Shown here one piece after another: positions 38,263-49,166 of a DNA stretch of 64,000 nucleotides. Positions within the stretch are counted from its first letter, which is position 1. Every line of letters begins with the position of its first letter. The DNA comes from Fimbriimonadaceae bacterium (GTDB taxonomy: Bacteria > Armatimonadota > Fimbriimonadia > Fimbriimonadales > Fimbriimonadaceae): contig JANRKI010000029.1 in the NCBI GenBank assembly GCA_033763535.1, forward strand, positions 2,886 to 66,885. The letters run 5' to 3'. Under the pieces are notes generated by a model, which saw nothing but the letters and a program-made list of their open reading frames with translations, was not told the DNA's origin and searched no databases. The translations under genes and the position numbers were made by a program.

Positions 38263-38494
38263 CGCCGCTTAGCTTAACGCGTTAGCCTCGGATGGCGCGA
38301 CGAACAAGTGCCAGTTTTTTGTGCCGCGCTCGCGGGCCGAACGCGACCGGCGAGAAAAAAGCCGGAAACCTACCGATTTCCCAAAGTTATCCCCACGCGA
38401 AATCGGGCCGACTCGCTACACTTCTGGCTTGGCCCGGTTTCGCGAACAACTCCCGCTGTTTGATTTTGAACCCGAGCCGGATCGGAGGACCACA

Positions 38495-39727
38495 GTGCAG
38501 ACGGCAGTGATTAAGGTGATCGGAGTAGGCGGCGGAGGATCCAATGCCGTTGAACGCATGCTCGCAAGCGGCATTCAGGGCGTGGAGTTCATCGCGATGA
38601 ACACCGACGTTCAAGCTCTCGAGCAGAGTCCGGCACCGACCAAGTTACAGTTGGGCAGCAATCTGACGCGTGGCCTGGGCGCAGGGGCCAACCCCGAGAT
38701 CGGTCGCGGCGCGGCCGAAGAGAGTCGAAATGAGATTCGCCGCGTGCTGGAAGGCGCGGACATGGTGTTTGTGACCGCCGGGATGGGCGGTGGTACCGGC
38801 ACCGGCGCGGCCGCCGTCGTTGCGGAATTGGCCAAGGAGATCGGTGCGCTGACCGTGGCGGTCGTGACGAAGCCGTTTCTGTTTGAAGGCGCCCGGCGTC
38901 GCAAACTTGCCGAGCAGGGCATCACCGCGCTGATGGGACGCGTGGATACGCTCATCACGATTCCAAACGACAAGTTGCTGAGCGTGGTCGAGAAAAAGAC
39001 CACGATGGTCGACGCCTTTCGGGTGGCCGACGACGTGCTGCGGCAGGGCGTGCAAGGCATTTCGGACATCATCACGATTCCGGGCCAGATCAACGTGGAC
39101 TTTGCGGACGTGCGGGCCGTGATGCAGAACGCGGGTCCGGCCCTCATGGGCATCGGACTCGGGGTGGGCGAGCAGCGGGCTCTGCAGGCAGCACAGAGCG
39201 CCACCAACTCGCCGCTACTCGAACAGACGATCCACGGGGCGCGCGGGCTTCTCGTAAATATCACGAGTAGCGATGACTTAACGTTGGCCGAAACCACCGA
39301 GGCGATGACTTACATCGAGCAACTGTGCGATGCCGACGACGTCAACATTTTCTTCGGCACGGTGGTGGACCCCACGATGGAAGGTACGGTCCGCGTCACC
39401 GTGTTGGCGACGGGATTTACCGGAGTGGCGTCCTCAGCGGCGGCCGCGAGCCATTCGGCCGTTCGCCCGCAACCGGCAACTGGCAGCGGTGGGGCTATTT
39501 CTGCTGCGTCGGTGCCAAACGTTTCGCCCGCCAACGGCAGCGCGGTGCCTTCGTCCGGAAGCCTGAGCGAGGCCACGACCGACCCGACGTTGCCCCGCAG
39601 CGGAGACGGCGTGGAGCGCATCAATGTCACCCGATCCCCGCTGCAGGACCCGGCGCAGGTGTTCAGCGAGGAAGATATCGAGATTCCGACCTTCTTGCGC
39701 GAACATCACCGCCGCCAGCGGGGCTAG
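38495..39727 (+). CDS. ftsZ: Cell division protein FtsZ
   Basis: GGAGG RBS then GTG; [23 protein letters not shown], tubulin signature [17 protein letters not shown]-terminal peptide DIEIPTFLR. Confidence 0.98.
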   Translation: MQTAVIKVIGVGGGGSNAVERMLASGIQGVEFIAMNTDVQALEQSPAPTKLQLGSNLTRGLGAGANPEIGRGAAEESRNEIRRVLEGADMVFVTAGMGGGTGTGAAAVVAELAKEIGALTVAVVTKPFLFEGARRRKLAEQGITALMGRVDTLITIPNDKLLSVVEKKTTMVDAFRVADDVLRQGVQGISDIITIPGQINVDFADVRAVMQNAGPALMGIGLGVGEQRALQAAQSATNSPLLEQTIHGARGLLVNITSSDDLTLAETTEAMTYIEQLCDADDVNIFFGTVVDPTMEGTVRVTVLATGFTGVASSAAAASHSAVRPQPATGSGGAISAASVPNVSPANGSAVPSSGSLSEATTDPTLPRSGDGVERINVTRSPLQDPAQVFSEEDIEIPTFLREHHRRQRG

Positions 39728-39746
39728 TCGTCCGTCTGTACTCATC

Positions 39747-40991
39747 ATGATCGCGTCCCTGATTGCGATGTCCGCGTTGGTCGGTGCCACGCAAGGCGAA
39801 AATCCGTACGGCAAGCCGTTGGCGGTGGCGGAATCTCGCCGCATTGCCCTCACGCCGAAATTGGACGGCGTAGCCTCTGCCGAAGAGTGGGACGCGCTGA
39901 CCGCCGAAGGCACGGTCTCGACGTTCTTTCAGTGGGAGCCGGGCAAGTTCCACGTCGGCACCCTGACGGCCGCCCCCGCCGTGGTGGTGGTCTCGGTTGA
40001 TCTTGGCAATAACGGCTGGCTGATCGGCGACGACAATCTGGAGGTTCGGCTGGAGCCAGGGCCCGGTTCAAACGTCGTCGCTTCCGCCCGGATGCTGGAC
40101 GGTACAAATCCGGCGGGCCCGGTTTGGCGGCCGTTGCCCGGCTTTAGCGTGGCCTCGGAGGCCAAGCTCGGGCGGGCAGAATCGATGGAACTGCTGGAAG
40201 CGACCATTCATGACCCTGGCCTTGGGATATTGCCCACCGACGACCGGCGAAAGGTTGGCTTGCGCGTCGACATCTTGCCGCTGAATACTCCGCCGAGCGA
40301 ACCGTACCTGCCGCGTCCGGTCGTGCCGATCGAGCTGGTGATGGCGCGAGACGCGGGTCTGCCGGAGAAGATGGTGTTTCGTCCGGGCAACTACGGTCGT
40401 GCGGTGGTCCCGGAGCAGACCATCAAGCTGCGATTCGGGTTCGAAGGTACGAACGACCTTGGCATCCAAAAGCTGAACCTGCGTTCGGAAGGGGAAGCGC
40501 GTGATGCCACGAACCTGGTCGAGGTGCCGTTTCCGCGGTTTGACAACAAAGGCCGCGCGTTTGTGGATTACGAAACGGCGGTAGCGGCGGGGGCCAGCGT
40601 GGGCTATCGCGTGGCGCGGGGCACGCTGAACGTGAAGGATGGCGTGGCGGGGGTCGCCCAGATGAGCTACCGTATCGCGCCGGACGTCGACATTGAGGTG
40701 ATCAACGAGATTCGACGGACCGACGCGGTGGACCGAACGTACAAGCAGGCGTTTCGCGTGCGGTCGAATTCGGGCAAAGGGTTGGTCGGTCAGATTTCGG
40801 TCTCGGTTCCGGGGCCGTTGCGGATCATCAACAGCCCGGATCGTCGGCTCAACCTGACGAGTCGCGGTCAGGCGCGCGAGGTGTTTGAGATTTACGTGCC
40901 CGCGTCGACTTCCGGCACGTTCCCGGTTTACTTCGACGTGACGATTGGCGGCAACAAGACCCGTCAGACCGGATTCGTCACGATTCGGTGA
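39747..40991 (+). CDS. Secreted hypothetical protein (CBM9/DOMON-like N-terminus, Ig-like C-terminus)
   Basis: Short hydrophobic N-terminus, [12 protein letters not shown], beta-rich C-terminal domain; domain calls are tentative. Confidence 0.6.
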   Translation: MIASLIAMSALVGATQGENPYGKPLAVAESRRIALTPKLDGVASAEEWDALTAEGTVSTFFQWEPGKFHVGTLTAAPAVVVVSVDLGNNGWLIGDDNLEVRLEPGPGSNVVASARMLDGTNPAGPVWRPLPGFSVASEAKLGRAESMELLEATIHDPGLGILPTDDRRKVGLRVDILPLNTPPSEPYLPRPVVPIELVMARDAGLPEKMVFRPGNYGRAVVPEQTIKLRFGFEGTNDLGIQKLNLRSEGEARDATNLVEVPFPRFDNKGRAFVDYETAVAAGASVGYRVARGTLNVKDGVAGVAQMSYRIAPDVDIEVINEIRRTDAVDRTYKQAFRVRSNSGKGLVGQISVSVPGPLRIINSPDRRLNLTSRGQAREVFEIYVPASTSGTFPVYFDVTIGGNKTRQTGFVTIR

Positions 40992-41742
40992 TCCTCACCC
41001 GGACGCCGGCCTCTCGCATGGAACGCTTGAGGTCGGCGATACGGGTTTCGGCATCGTGCAAGATTCCGGCGAGCAACACGGCGTCAGCCTTGCCTTCCCG
41101 GACGGCATCCACGAGGTGTCCGGAGTGTCCGGCACCGCCGCTGGCGATGACCGGCACCGAAACGGCCTCGGCCACCGCCCGGGTGAGCGCGAGATCGTAG
41201 CCGGCACGGGTGCCGTCGCCGTCCATGCTCGTCAGCAGGACCTCGCCTGCGCCGAGCGCTGTGGCCTCGCGTGCCCATTCCACGGCGTCGCGCCCGGTGT
41301 CGGTGCGACCGCCGTGGGAGTAGACGTGCCACGTGTCTCCGTGCCATTTCGCGTCGATCGCGATGACGATGCATTGGGCCCCAAACCGTTCGGCACTGGC
41401 GGCGATGAGTTGCGGGTCGCGAAGCGCGGCGGAGTTGAGACTCACCTTGTCGGCGCCGGCGGAAAGTGCCTGGCGGATCGTCTCCACATCTCCGATGCCG
41501 CCGCCGACCGTAAACGGAATGAAGACGCGCTCGGCCACCCGTTCAGCTAGTTCGATGACCGGGGCGCGGCTCTCGTGACTGGCGGTGATGTCCAGAAACA
41601 CCAGCTCGTCGGCGCCCTCCGCATCGTAATGCGCGGCCAGTTCGACCGGCTCACCGGCGTCGCGAATGCCGACGAAGTTCACGCCCTTGACGACGCGACC
41701 ATCTCGGATATCGAGGCAGGGGATCAGGCGAACGGTGGTCAT
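40978..41742 (-). CDS. hisF: Imidazole glycerol phosphate synthase cyclase subunit
   Basis: [63 protein letters not shown]. Confidence 0.97.
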   Translation of the reverse strand: MTTVRLIPCLDIRDGRVVKGVNFVGIRDAGEPVELAAHYDAEGADELVFLDITASHESRAPVIELAERVAERVFIPFTVGGGIGDVETIRQALSAGADKVSLNSAALRDPQLIAASAERFGAQCIVIAIDAKWHGDTWHVYSHGGRTDTGRDAVEWAREATALGAGEVLLTSMDGDGTRAGYDLALTRAVAEAVSVPVIASGGAGHSGHLVDAVREGKADAVLLAGILHDAETRIADLKRSMREAGVRVRITES

Positions 41743-42566
41743 GCTCCATGGTGGCGCATCACCCGGATCTCGGTGCGATCTCGGCGCGGGCGCAGCAAGA
41801 CCTGAAACCGGTCGCCGTACCGCTCGATCTCGAGGGTTTCGGGAACCTGTTCGGTTTGCCAGATGATTTCGGCGGCGGCCTCCAGCAGTTCGCGCAGCAG
41901 CGTGCGGGCATCGGCGGGGCTCTCGACGGTTTGCATCGGCCCGAGCCCGATCTTCTCGAACCCGCGGAGTGAGACGGTGCCGCCGTCCGGCGTGTCGCGC
42001 CACCGGACGGTGACGTGCGCGCCCGAGTCCCCGGCGTGGCGCCCTCCGTTGAGCGCGGAGCGGAAGGCGTCGGGGGTCCAGAACCGGTCCGCGGGGAGAT
42101 CGCGAACGAGGCGGGCGTCGCCGAGGTCGGCGTACGCCAGCGCGGCCATCGACAAGAAGCGGACGTGCCGCTTATCCGGAACGGGGCTGGCACTCGCAAA
42201 CTTCAGTCGGACAAACAGTGGGCAGGGCCGCGCGAGTTCGACCGCGTGTTCGCCGAGGTCGGAGATCACGTCCAGACCGAAGTTTTCGAGCGAAAAATGC
42301 ACCCGGTTGCGGGCCGCGCGAACGACAGCAATGTCGAGTCGGACATCGCTGAGGAGTAGCGCGACCTCCGCGGGCACGGGCCGGACATCGCGGGCACCGC
42401 GGACGAGCCGCTCCATGATCGCCTCCTGCGTGGGCACCGTTTCGGTGGGCAGATACACCCAGTATTCGGCATGCCAGGCCCGCCGTTCGGCCAAGTGGCG
42501 GCGGTAGCGTAACGCGAGGAGCACGCCCATGGCGGCGAGAATCGTCGGCAGAATCCAGGCGTACAT
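41739..42566 (-). CDS. Hypothetical protein with N-terminal membrane anchor
   Basis: [23 protein letters not shown]; 4-bp overlap with hisF; [10 protein letters not shown] loosely resembles the DUF4261 motif. Confidence 0.65.
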   Translation of the reverse strand: MYAWILPTILAAMGVLLALRYRRHLAERRAWHAEYWVYLPTETVPTQEAIMERLVRGARDVRPVPAEVALLLSDVRLDIAVVRAARNRVHFSLENFGLDVISDLGEHAVELARPCPLFVRLKFASASPVPDKRHVRFLSMAALAYADLGDARLVRDLPADRFWTPDAFRSALNGGRHAGDSGAHVTVRWRDTPDGGTVSLRGFEKIGLGPMQTVESPADARTLLRELLEAAAEIIWQTEQVPETLEIERYGDRFQVLLRPRRDRTEIRVMRHHGA

Positions 42567-42583
42567 GGAAGGAACTGGCGTCG

Positions 42584-42799
42584 CTAGGGTGCCACGCCGT
42601 TGACCCAGCGTTGGGCCAGTCGGAGCTCCTCGCCTTCGAGCATCGCCATGCAGGCGCGACACAGCCCGGCCTCGTTGACGCCGTACGTTCGGCACAGCAT
42701 GCAGGCATTGCGCACGCGCGCCGACCGTACGAATTTCAACTCGCTGAGTGCCAGCGCGAGATCGCTCCGTGAGATGCCCTCGGAATTTAGACGATCCAC
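42584..42799 (-). CDS. Small putative zinc-finger protein
   Basis: CMLC-x10-CRAC; GTG start at 42799 preferred (TTG at 42835 possible). Confidence 0.55.
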   Translation of the reverse strand: MDRLNSEGISRSDLALALSELKFVRSARVRNACMLCRTYGVNEAGLCRACMAMLEGEELRLAQRWVNGVAP

Positions 42800-42953
42800 G
42801 CCAGTAGTAAACCCCTTCCGCACGGACGGCCTCAATCGGCTGGAATTGTTTGGCCGGAATTGTTGGGCTGGTGCGTCGGGGCGGGCGGTGGGGGCAGTTG
42901 CCGTTCGCGCAACTCAGGAACTTTAGTTCGCTTGGGTAACGTCACCGGTAGCA

Positions 42954-45900
42954 ATGATCTGCCTTACTCCCTTGATGCTGGCGACTTTGGCGTTGCCGGC
43001 GGCGACCGTCGCGCAAGACCCGACGCCCTTGTTCGGCGTTCGATCCCTGGCCCTCAGTCCGGACGGCAAGCGGCTGGCGTTCACTTACTTCGGCGATATC
43101 TGGGTCGTATCCAGCGCGGGCGGCACCGCCATTCCTCTGACCAGCAACACCGAACTCGACGAGAATCCGGTGTGGTCGCCCGACGGTCGCACGATCGCGT
43201 TTTCCAGTAATCGGAACGGGAACAACGACATCTACTTGGTGAGTGCCGATGGTGGTACGCCCCGTCGGTTGACCTGGTACTCCGGGAACGATGTACCGAG
43301 CGATTGGTCGCCGGACGGCTCGAAGATCCTCTTTTCTGGTAGTCGCGATGGTCGCTGGAACGGCGTCTTTACGCTTGACGTGAAGAGCGGACGATTTACG
43401 CAACACTTTACCGATCCGATGCCGATCGGCGACCCGAAGTTTTCTCCGGATGGGCAACGGATTGCGTACCGAAGATTCGGGTTTCCCTGGGTCCGTGCGC
43501 GCTACCAGGGATCGGCGGCGGCGGCACTTTACGTGTACGATCTGAACGCGAAAACGCGCAAGCCGTTGCGCAACAATGAGCTTCAGCACCTCTGGACCCA
43601 CTGGACGGACGCGGGATTGCACACGGTGACCATGACCGAGAAGGTCCCGAGCAGTTCTTACGTCAATAAACCGATCGGTCGGGTGACATATTCCGTTAGC
43701 GGTACGCCAAATGTTTACAAAGTCAACGAGAACGGCGGCGTGGCTGCTCGCACGAAGTACAGCGGTGATGGCGTTCGTTTCTTGACGGTGGCGCGAAAGG
43801 CACCCGTGATCGCGTACGAACGGGACGGCGAGGTCTACGTGGGAAGTGGAAACGCAACCGACGAAAAGATTACGATCAACGCGAATCTCGACGATAAAAC
43901 CGTCACGGAAGAGCGACAGGTTTTCACCAGCGGCGCTTCGGAAATGGCGACCTCCCCCGACGGAAAGTCGGTGATCTTTACCGCGCGGAACGATCTGTGG
44001 ACCGTGCCGGTGAAGAAAGGGAAGGGGCCGAACAAAGACGACGCGACTCGGCTTACGACCTGGGAAGGCTTTGACACGCAAGCCACTTGGACTCCGGACG
44101 GCAAAGCGATCTTCTTCGTGAGTGACCGAGACGGAACTGAGCGGCTTTACCGCATGGATCTGGCGACGAAGGCGGTTACCGCGATCACTTCGCTCGACGC
44201 CGATGTGTCCTCATTGACCATTACCCCGGACAAGAAGTCGCTCAGCTTCTGGATGACCGGCAAACTCGGCGGGCTGTACGTGGTCCCGGTGGATGGTGGC
44301 GAAGCGAAGCGCATCTTAACGCGTACTGGCAACAGCGCCTTCAGCTACCGATGGTCGCCGGATGGACGATGGGTGGCGTACGCCGAAGTGTTGGATGGCA
44401 GCGGCTACTACTACTGGGAATCCGCTCGCAATATCAACATTCTCGAAGTCGCGACCGGCGAGATTCGCAATGTGACCAAGCTAAATGCGCAGCACTACGT
44501 GCCGACCTGGTCCGCCGACGGCAAGTACCTGTACTTCGGGAGCAATCGGCAAGGCAGCGGTCTTTTCGTGCTGCCGCTCCAACCGGAAGACCTGCGCTCG
44601 AACGAGATTGAGTTGGAGTACAAGAAGCCGTCCGGTCCGGTTAAGGTCGAGATCGACTTCAACCAGATTGAGCAACGCATTCGACGATTTTCCGGAGTCG
44701 ACGTGTCTGGGAACATGGCGTCGGATCCGGAGACCGGTCACCTGTACGTGCAGTCGGGGCGCAGCATTGTGCGGTTTGACTACAGCGGCGAAGGTCAGCG
44801 GACCATCGTTGGAGAATCGGACGGCTTCTCGGTTACCCCGGATGGCAAGCAACTGGAGTACCTGCGCAGCGGCACGCTCAACTTGGTAAATCTACGGGCC
44901 CCGAATTTCCCCTCGGAGACGATCGCTTTCCGTGCGGATTGGACCCGCGATGTTCAGCGGGAACGGCGTGCGGCGTTCCAACAGTTCTGGCGAGAATACA
45001 ATCGCGGCTTTTACGATGCAAACTTCCACGGCCGAGATTGGGTGGCTTTACGCAAGAAGTACGAGCGTTACCTGCCGAGCGTGGGCACGCGCCAAGATAT
45101 GGCGACGTTGCTTAACATGATGGTAGGCGAACTCGAGGCATCGCACGCGGAAGTGTCGCCGGCGTTCGGCGGTAATCCGAGTGCTTCCTCCGCAAATCTG
45201 GGGGTGCTGTTCGACTACGCATGGACCGGTGCGGGAATCAAGGTCTTGGACGTACCCACCCGACTCCCGGCGAGCTTCTCGAAGACGAAGCTGAATAAGG
45301 GCGACGTGATCACCAAGATTAACGGGACTGAGGTATCTGCCAATGAAGCCCTGTATCGGGATGTCTTGAACGAGCAATCCGGCCGGGAACTCGTACTTAC
45401 GGTACGCAATCCTTCGGGCGAGATTCGGGAAGTAAAGTACCGAGCCCTCTCCGGAGGCGAGGTGGCCGGCACGATCTTCCAGAACCTCTTGGACTGGCGG
45501 CGACAGTACGTCGAGGAAAAATCGGGCGGGAAAGTGAGCTACGTTCACATCGCCGGCATGAGCCAGCCCGAGTTGGACCGGTTCCAACAGCAGGTGTGGC
45601 AGGTCATGCAGAAGAAGCAGGCCTTGGTGATTGACGTCCGCAATAACGGCGGCGGCAACACAAGCGACCGGATTATCGATATCCTCGAACGGCGCCCGAA
45701 CGCGTACTACCAAATTCGCGACGAAGCGCCGATCGTCGGACCCGGCCAAACCGGAGACTTTCCGATGGTCGTCATGTGCAACCAAACGAGTTACTCCAAT
45801 GCGGAAATGTTCCCGAACTCGATGAAGTCTCGGAAACTAGCGGCGCTGGTAGGAATGCCTACCCCGGGTTACGTGATCTACACGTACGGCCTGCAACTGG

Positions 45901-46082
45901 TGGATGGAACGCAAGCCCGGATGCCGAGCACCGGCGTGTTCCGGCTCGACGGAAGCCCGCTCGAGAACATGGGCGTCGTACCGGACCACGTGCTGGACTT
46001 TGACCCGGACGAGTTCTTGGCCGGTAAGGATCGTCAACTCGATAAGGCGATCGAAGTCGCACTGCAACTGGCGCGACGATAA
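42954..46082 (+). CDS. Tricorn-like S41 family peptidase (PD40 propellers, PDZ, catalytic domain)
   Basis: Repeated SPDG/WSPDG motifs, FYDANFHGRDW, MVGELEASH, DVRNNGGGN, TSYSNAEMF, LENMGVVPD. Confidence 0.92.
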   Translation: MICLTPLMLATLALPAATVAQDPTPLFGVRSLALSPDGKRLAFTYFGDIWVVSSAGGTAIPLTSNTELDENPVWSPDGRTIAFSSNRNGNNDIYLVSADGGTPRRLTWYSGNDVPSDWSPDGSKILFSGSRDGRWNGVFTLDVKSGRFTQHFTDPMPIGDPKFSPDGQRIAYRRFGFPWVRARYQGSAAAALYVYDLNAKTRKPLRNNELQHLWTHWTDAGLHTVTMTEKVPSSSYVNKPIGRVTYSVSGTPNVYKVNENGGVAARTKYSGDGVRFLTVARKAPVIAYERDGEVYVGSGNATDEKITINANLDDKTVTEERQVFTSGASEMATSPDGKSVIFTARNDLWTVPVKKGKGPNKDDATRLTTWEGFDTQATWTPDGKAIFFVSDRDGTERLYRMDLATKAVTAITSLDADVSSLTITPDKKSLSFWMTGKLGGLYVVPVDGGEAKRILTRTGNSAFSYRWSPDGRWVAYAEVLDGSGYYYWESARNINILEVATGEIRNVTKLNAQHYVPTWSADGKYLYFGSNRQGSGLFVLPLQPEDLRSNEIELEYKKPSGPVKVEIDFNQIEQRIRRFSGVDVSGNMASDPETGHLYVQSGRSIVRFDYSGEGQRTIVGESDGFSVTPDGKQLEYLRSGTLNLVNLRAPNFPSETIAFRADWTRDVQRERRAAFQQFWREYNRGFYDANFHGRDWVALRKKYERYLPSVGTRQDMATLLNMMVGELEASHAEVSPAFGGNPSASSANLGVLFDYAWTGAGIKVLDVPTRLPASFSKTKLNKGDVITKINGTEVSANEALYRDVLNEQSGRELVLTVRNPSGEIREVKYRALSGGEVAGTIFQNLLDWRRQYVEEKSGGKVSYVHIAGMSQPELDRFQQQVWQVMQKKQALVIDVRNNGGGNTSDRIIDILERRPNAYYQIRDEAPIVGPGQTGDFPMVVMCNQTSYSNAEMFPNSMKSRKLAALVGMPTPGYVIYTYGLQLVDGTQARMPSTGVFRLDGSPLENMGVVPDHVLDFDPDEFLAGKDRQLDKAIEVALQLARR

Positions 46083-46085
46083 CCG

Positions 46086-47300
46086 TTAAGGCTGGGTGGC
46101 GGCCACCATCCCCTGCGTGATGCAGTGGATGCCGCCGCCGCCCAAATTCACGGCTTCACTATCAATTTCCACAATCCGGTACTTAGGGAATTCGCGCCGC
46201 AGGATGGCGCGCATCTCCGCATCCTTGGTCTTGAGTGATGCGGCCCGACCGGGCTTCCACAGCGCGGAGGTAATGATCGTACCGTTGATGATCAAGAAGT
46301 TGAGATAGCTGGCGGCCAGGACGACCTTCACCGGTTTCCCTTTCGGAAACGGCTTCGCGTAGCGCAGGGTCGAAATGTAGTCGTACACTCCGTCGCCCGG
46401 GGCCATTGTCGTGAGAATGGGGTCTGGAGCGGGCACCCGAACGAGCCGAAACGGGCGGCCCATTTCGTCCCGTGCCTTCCGCAAGGCCGCTTCGTTGGCC
46501 AAAAATCGGGTTCGTGAAATGCGGGCAATCGGGCTCTTCGCGGCCTCGGCCGCCGTGACGTAAGGCACAAGGATCGCGCCGGACGGCGTAAATCTTGCGG
46601 CGTTATCCACGTGTCCGCCGGTCGCAATCACGGTATAGACGTCGCCCGGTAGCGGTCCGCGAAACGTCTGGTCGTCCTCCGCGCCGCCGTACGGCAACCA
46701 CACGACCTGGCTGATTCCCAGCGTTCGCTGATGCTCATTCGCGAGATCGTCAAGCGATAGACCCGGGTTGCGGTCTTGCTCTACGGCCGATACGCTCAGC
46801 ATCGTGCCTTGCCCGTTAAACTCCCGATTCCCGCCTTCCGAAATGATTTCCGATCGGATGACACTCCCGGTTTGTTTCGTCCCGAAGTAGTCGTCAAGGC
46901 GATCAATGACCTGGGTTTGCGCCCCCATGTCGCGATCGTAGCCCCAGTAGTTAAACTGATAAGACGCCGCCATGCGATCGCCAAACGGCGCGCTGAGGAA
47001 TACGGGGCCGAAGTCGCGGGTCCATATCTCTCCGCCGGGCCTCCGGTGGTACCGCACGTGCGGAAGGCCCCGGAGCTGTCGTCTCGCCGACGCTTCGGTC
47101 GCGGCGTCTTGCACGATCAGGTCCACCCGCGCCACGCCGCGTAGTGCGCGAATGATGCGTGCTTGTACGGCGTGAACCGAATGTCCGCGCCGATGATCGT
47201 ACGTTGCCCACGCCATCCAGATGGACTCCATTCGGGCCCATTCTGCGGGATGCGACGGTAGCCCGGCGGGGCTCACGGCAGCCAAACACGCGATCAACAT
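46086..47300 (-). CDS. Agmatine / peptidylarginine deiminase family protein, apparently secreted
   Basis: PAEW, WTRDFGP, EGGNREFNGQG, TGGHVDN, ASYLNF, GGGGIHCITQ (catalytic Cys). Confidence 0.92.
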   Translation of the reverse strand: MLIACLAAVSPAGLPSHPAEWARMESIWMAWATYDHRRGHSVHAVQARIIRALRGVARVDLIVQDAATEASARRQLRGLPHVRYHRRPGGEIWTRDFGPVFLSAPFGDRMAASYQFNYWGYDRDMGAQTQVIDRLDDYFGTKQTGSVIRSEIISEGGNREFNGQGTMLSVSAVEQDRNPGLSLDDLANEHQRTLGISQVVWLPYGGAEDDQTFRGPLPGDVYTVIATGGHVDNAARFTPSGAILVPYVTAAEAAKSPIARISRTRFLANEAALRKARDEMGRPFRLVRVPAPDPILTTMAPGDGVYDYISTLRYAKPFPKGKPVKVVLAASYLNFLIINGTIITSALWKPGRAASLKTKDAEMRAILRREFPKYRIVEIDSEAVNLGGGGIHCITQGMVAATQP

Positions 47301-47339
47301 GCGGCGAGTCTACATCTCGGCCGCCGGAGTGACGCGGAG

Positions 47340-47759
47340 CTAGTCGTCCTCTTCCCCGGCCATCCGCACCCGCGTCTCCACCCGCTGATTCAGCTCCCAA
47401 CGCTCTTTGCGACCGTGGTAATGCGGCTCCAACTGAGTACGAAGCGCACGCAAAGTCCGATCGTTCGGCTGCTCGCGCAGGGCGTCCTCCACCGTCTCGT
47501 ACGCCTCGTTGAACTTTTGCAGTTGGATGTAGCTCTGCGCCAGCGGAATCGCGACCCGCCACAGGTGCGGGTCCAGGCATTTCGCCCGGTGCAGGCTGCT
47601 GGCGGCCCCGGCAAAATCGCCCTGATTGAACAGGCACCAGCCCAACAAGGCGTGCGGCATCGGGAGCACGGGGGTCGATGCGATCCATTGCCGACACCGG
47701 TCGGCCGCCTCCGGAAACTTCCGCTCGCCGATCAGCTGGTGAATTTCGGCCTCATTCAT
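47340..47759 (-). CDS. Tetratricopeptide repeat protein
   Basis: PHALLGWCLFNQGDFAGAASSL; LAQSYIQLQKFNEAYETVEDALREQPND; GGAG RBS before ATG 47759. Confidence 0.8.
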   Translation of the reverse strand: MNEAEIHQLIGERKFPEAADRCRQWIASTPVLPMPHALLGWCLFNQGDFAGAASSLHRAKCLDPHLWRVAIPLAQSYIQLQKFNEAYETVEDALREQPNDRTLRALRTQLEPHYHGRKERWELNQRVETRVRMAGEEDD

Positions 47760-47870
47760 TGCGTTGCACTCACTCCCAATGGGGCATAACGTCAGATCGC
47801 CGCCGGGGTTACAGGCAATCTTGCGAGTTCGCTTCGGCCACACTTATTTTCGCAACGCAAAGGAGCATTT

Positions 47871-49031
47871 ATGGCGACCCCACGACCCGTCAACGTCGGC
47901 CTCATCGGCTACCAATTCATGGGCAAGGCCCACAGCAACGCTTACCGGCAAGTCAACCACTTTTTCCCGAACCTGCCCGTGGACGTCCGCATGCACACGA
48001 TCTGCGGCCGAAACGAGGCGAAGGTGCGAGAAGCCGCCGCCCAGTACGGCTGGTCGAACTACGAAACCGACTGGCGCAAGGTGATCGAAAACCCGGAGAT
48101 TGACGTCATTGACGTCTCGACGCCGGGCAACACCCACGCAGAAATCGCCATCGCCGCCGCCGAAGCGGGCAAAGCGGTCTTCTGCGAGAAGCCGATTGGC
48201 AACACGCTGGACGAAGCGAAGGCGATGCTCGATGCGGTCCAAAAGGCCGGGGTGCCGCACGCGGTATTCCATAACTATCGCAAGGCACCCGCGGTCGGAT
48301 TGGCCAAGCAAATGATCGAATCCGGCGAGCTCGGGACGATTTACCACTGGCGCGCGACCTACCTGCAAGACTGGATCGCCGACCCGAACTTCCCGCTGGT
48401 ATGGCGATTGCAAAAGGAAATTGCCGGTAGCGGTACGCACGGCGACATCAACGCGCACATCATCGATATGGCCCGCAATCTGCTGGGCGAATTCGATGAG
48501 GTATGCGGCTTACTTCACACCTTTGTCAAACAACGCCCGATTGCGGGTGCGATCAACGACAAGTTGGGCGCAGAGGCAACCGACCAGATGGGCGATGTCA
48601 CGGTGGACGACGCGGCAATGTTCCTCGCCAAGTTCAAAAACGGCGCGCTCGGCACGTTCGAGGCGTCGCGGTTTGCGGTTGGCCGAAAGAACTACCACCG
48701 TTGGGAAATCAATGGGAGCAAGGGGTCGGTCGTCTTCAATCTGGAGCGCATGAACGAACTGGAGTACTACAACGAGGGGTCGGCCAACGGTCGTAAGGGC
48801 TTCACGTTAATCCAAGCGACGGAATCCGCGCACCCGTGGGCCGGTCAGTACTGGCCGGTCGGGCACATCATCGGTTACGAACACACGTTTATCAACCTGT
48901 TGGCCGATGCGTTCGCGGCGCTTGCCGAAGGTCGTCCGATCTCGCCGGACTTCGTCGATGGCTACGAGAATCAGCGCGTGCTCGACGCGGTGGAACGCTC
49001 GAGCGAATCGCGCACCTGGGTCTCGCTGTAA
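47871..49031 (+). CDS. Gfo/Idh/MocA family oxidoreductase
   Basis: [39 protein letters not shown]; AAGGAG RBS. Confidence 0.93.
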   Translation: MATPRPVNVGLIGYQFMGKAHSNAYRQVNHFFPNLPVDVRMHTICGRNEAKVREAAAQYGWSNYETDWRKVIENPEIDVIDVSTPGNTHAEIAIAAAEAGKAVFCEKPIGNTLDEAKAMLDAVQKAGVPHAVFHNYRKAPAVGLAKQMIESGELGTIYHWRATYLQDWIADPNFPLVWRLQKEIAGSGTHGDINAHIIDMARNLLGEFDEVCGLLHTFVKQRPIAGAINDKLGAEATDQMGDVTVDDAAMFLAKFKNGALGTFEASRFAVGRKNYHRWEINGSKGSVVFNLERMNELEYYNEGSANGRKGFTLIQATESAHPWAGQYWPVGHIIGYEHTFINLLADAFAALAEGRPISPDFVDGYENQRVLDAVERSSESRTWVSL

Positions 49032-49166
49032 GAAAAAGTCCCCGATTCTCCGGAAATCTTCCTCTGGAGGATCGGTAACCCCCCAAACTTTCGTACGTTT
49101 TATCCTCAAATCATGCGATATTGGCCGTAATTTCGCAGGAACCAACGCATAATAGGGTGGGGGAAA

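Noticed and set aside
38321-38494. 58-aa N-terminal extension of FtsZ
   Set aside because: A GGAGG RBS precedes GTG 38495 and homology starts there; the region contains promoter-like elements.
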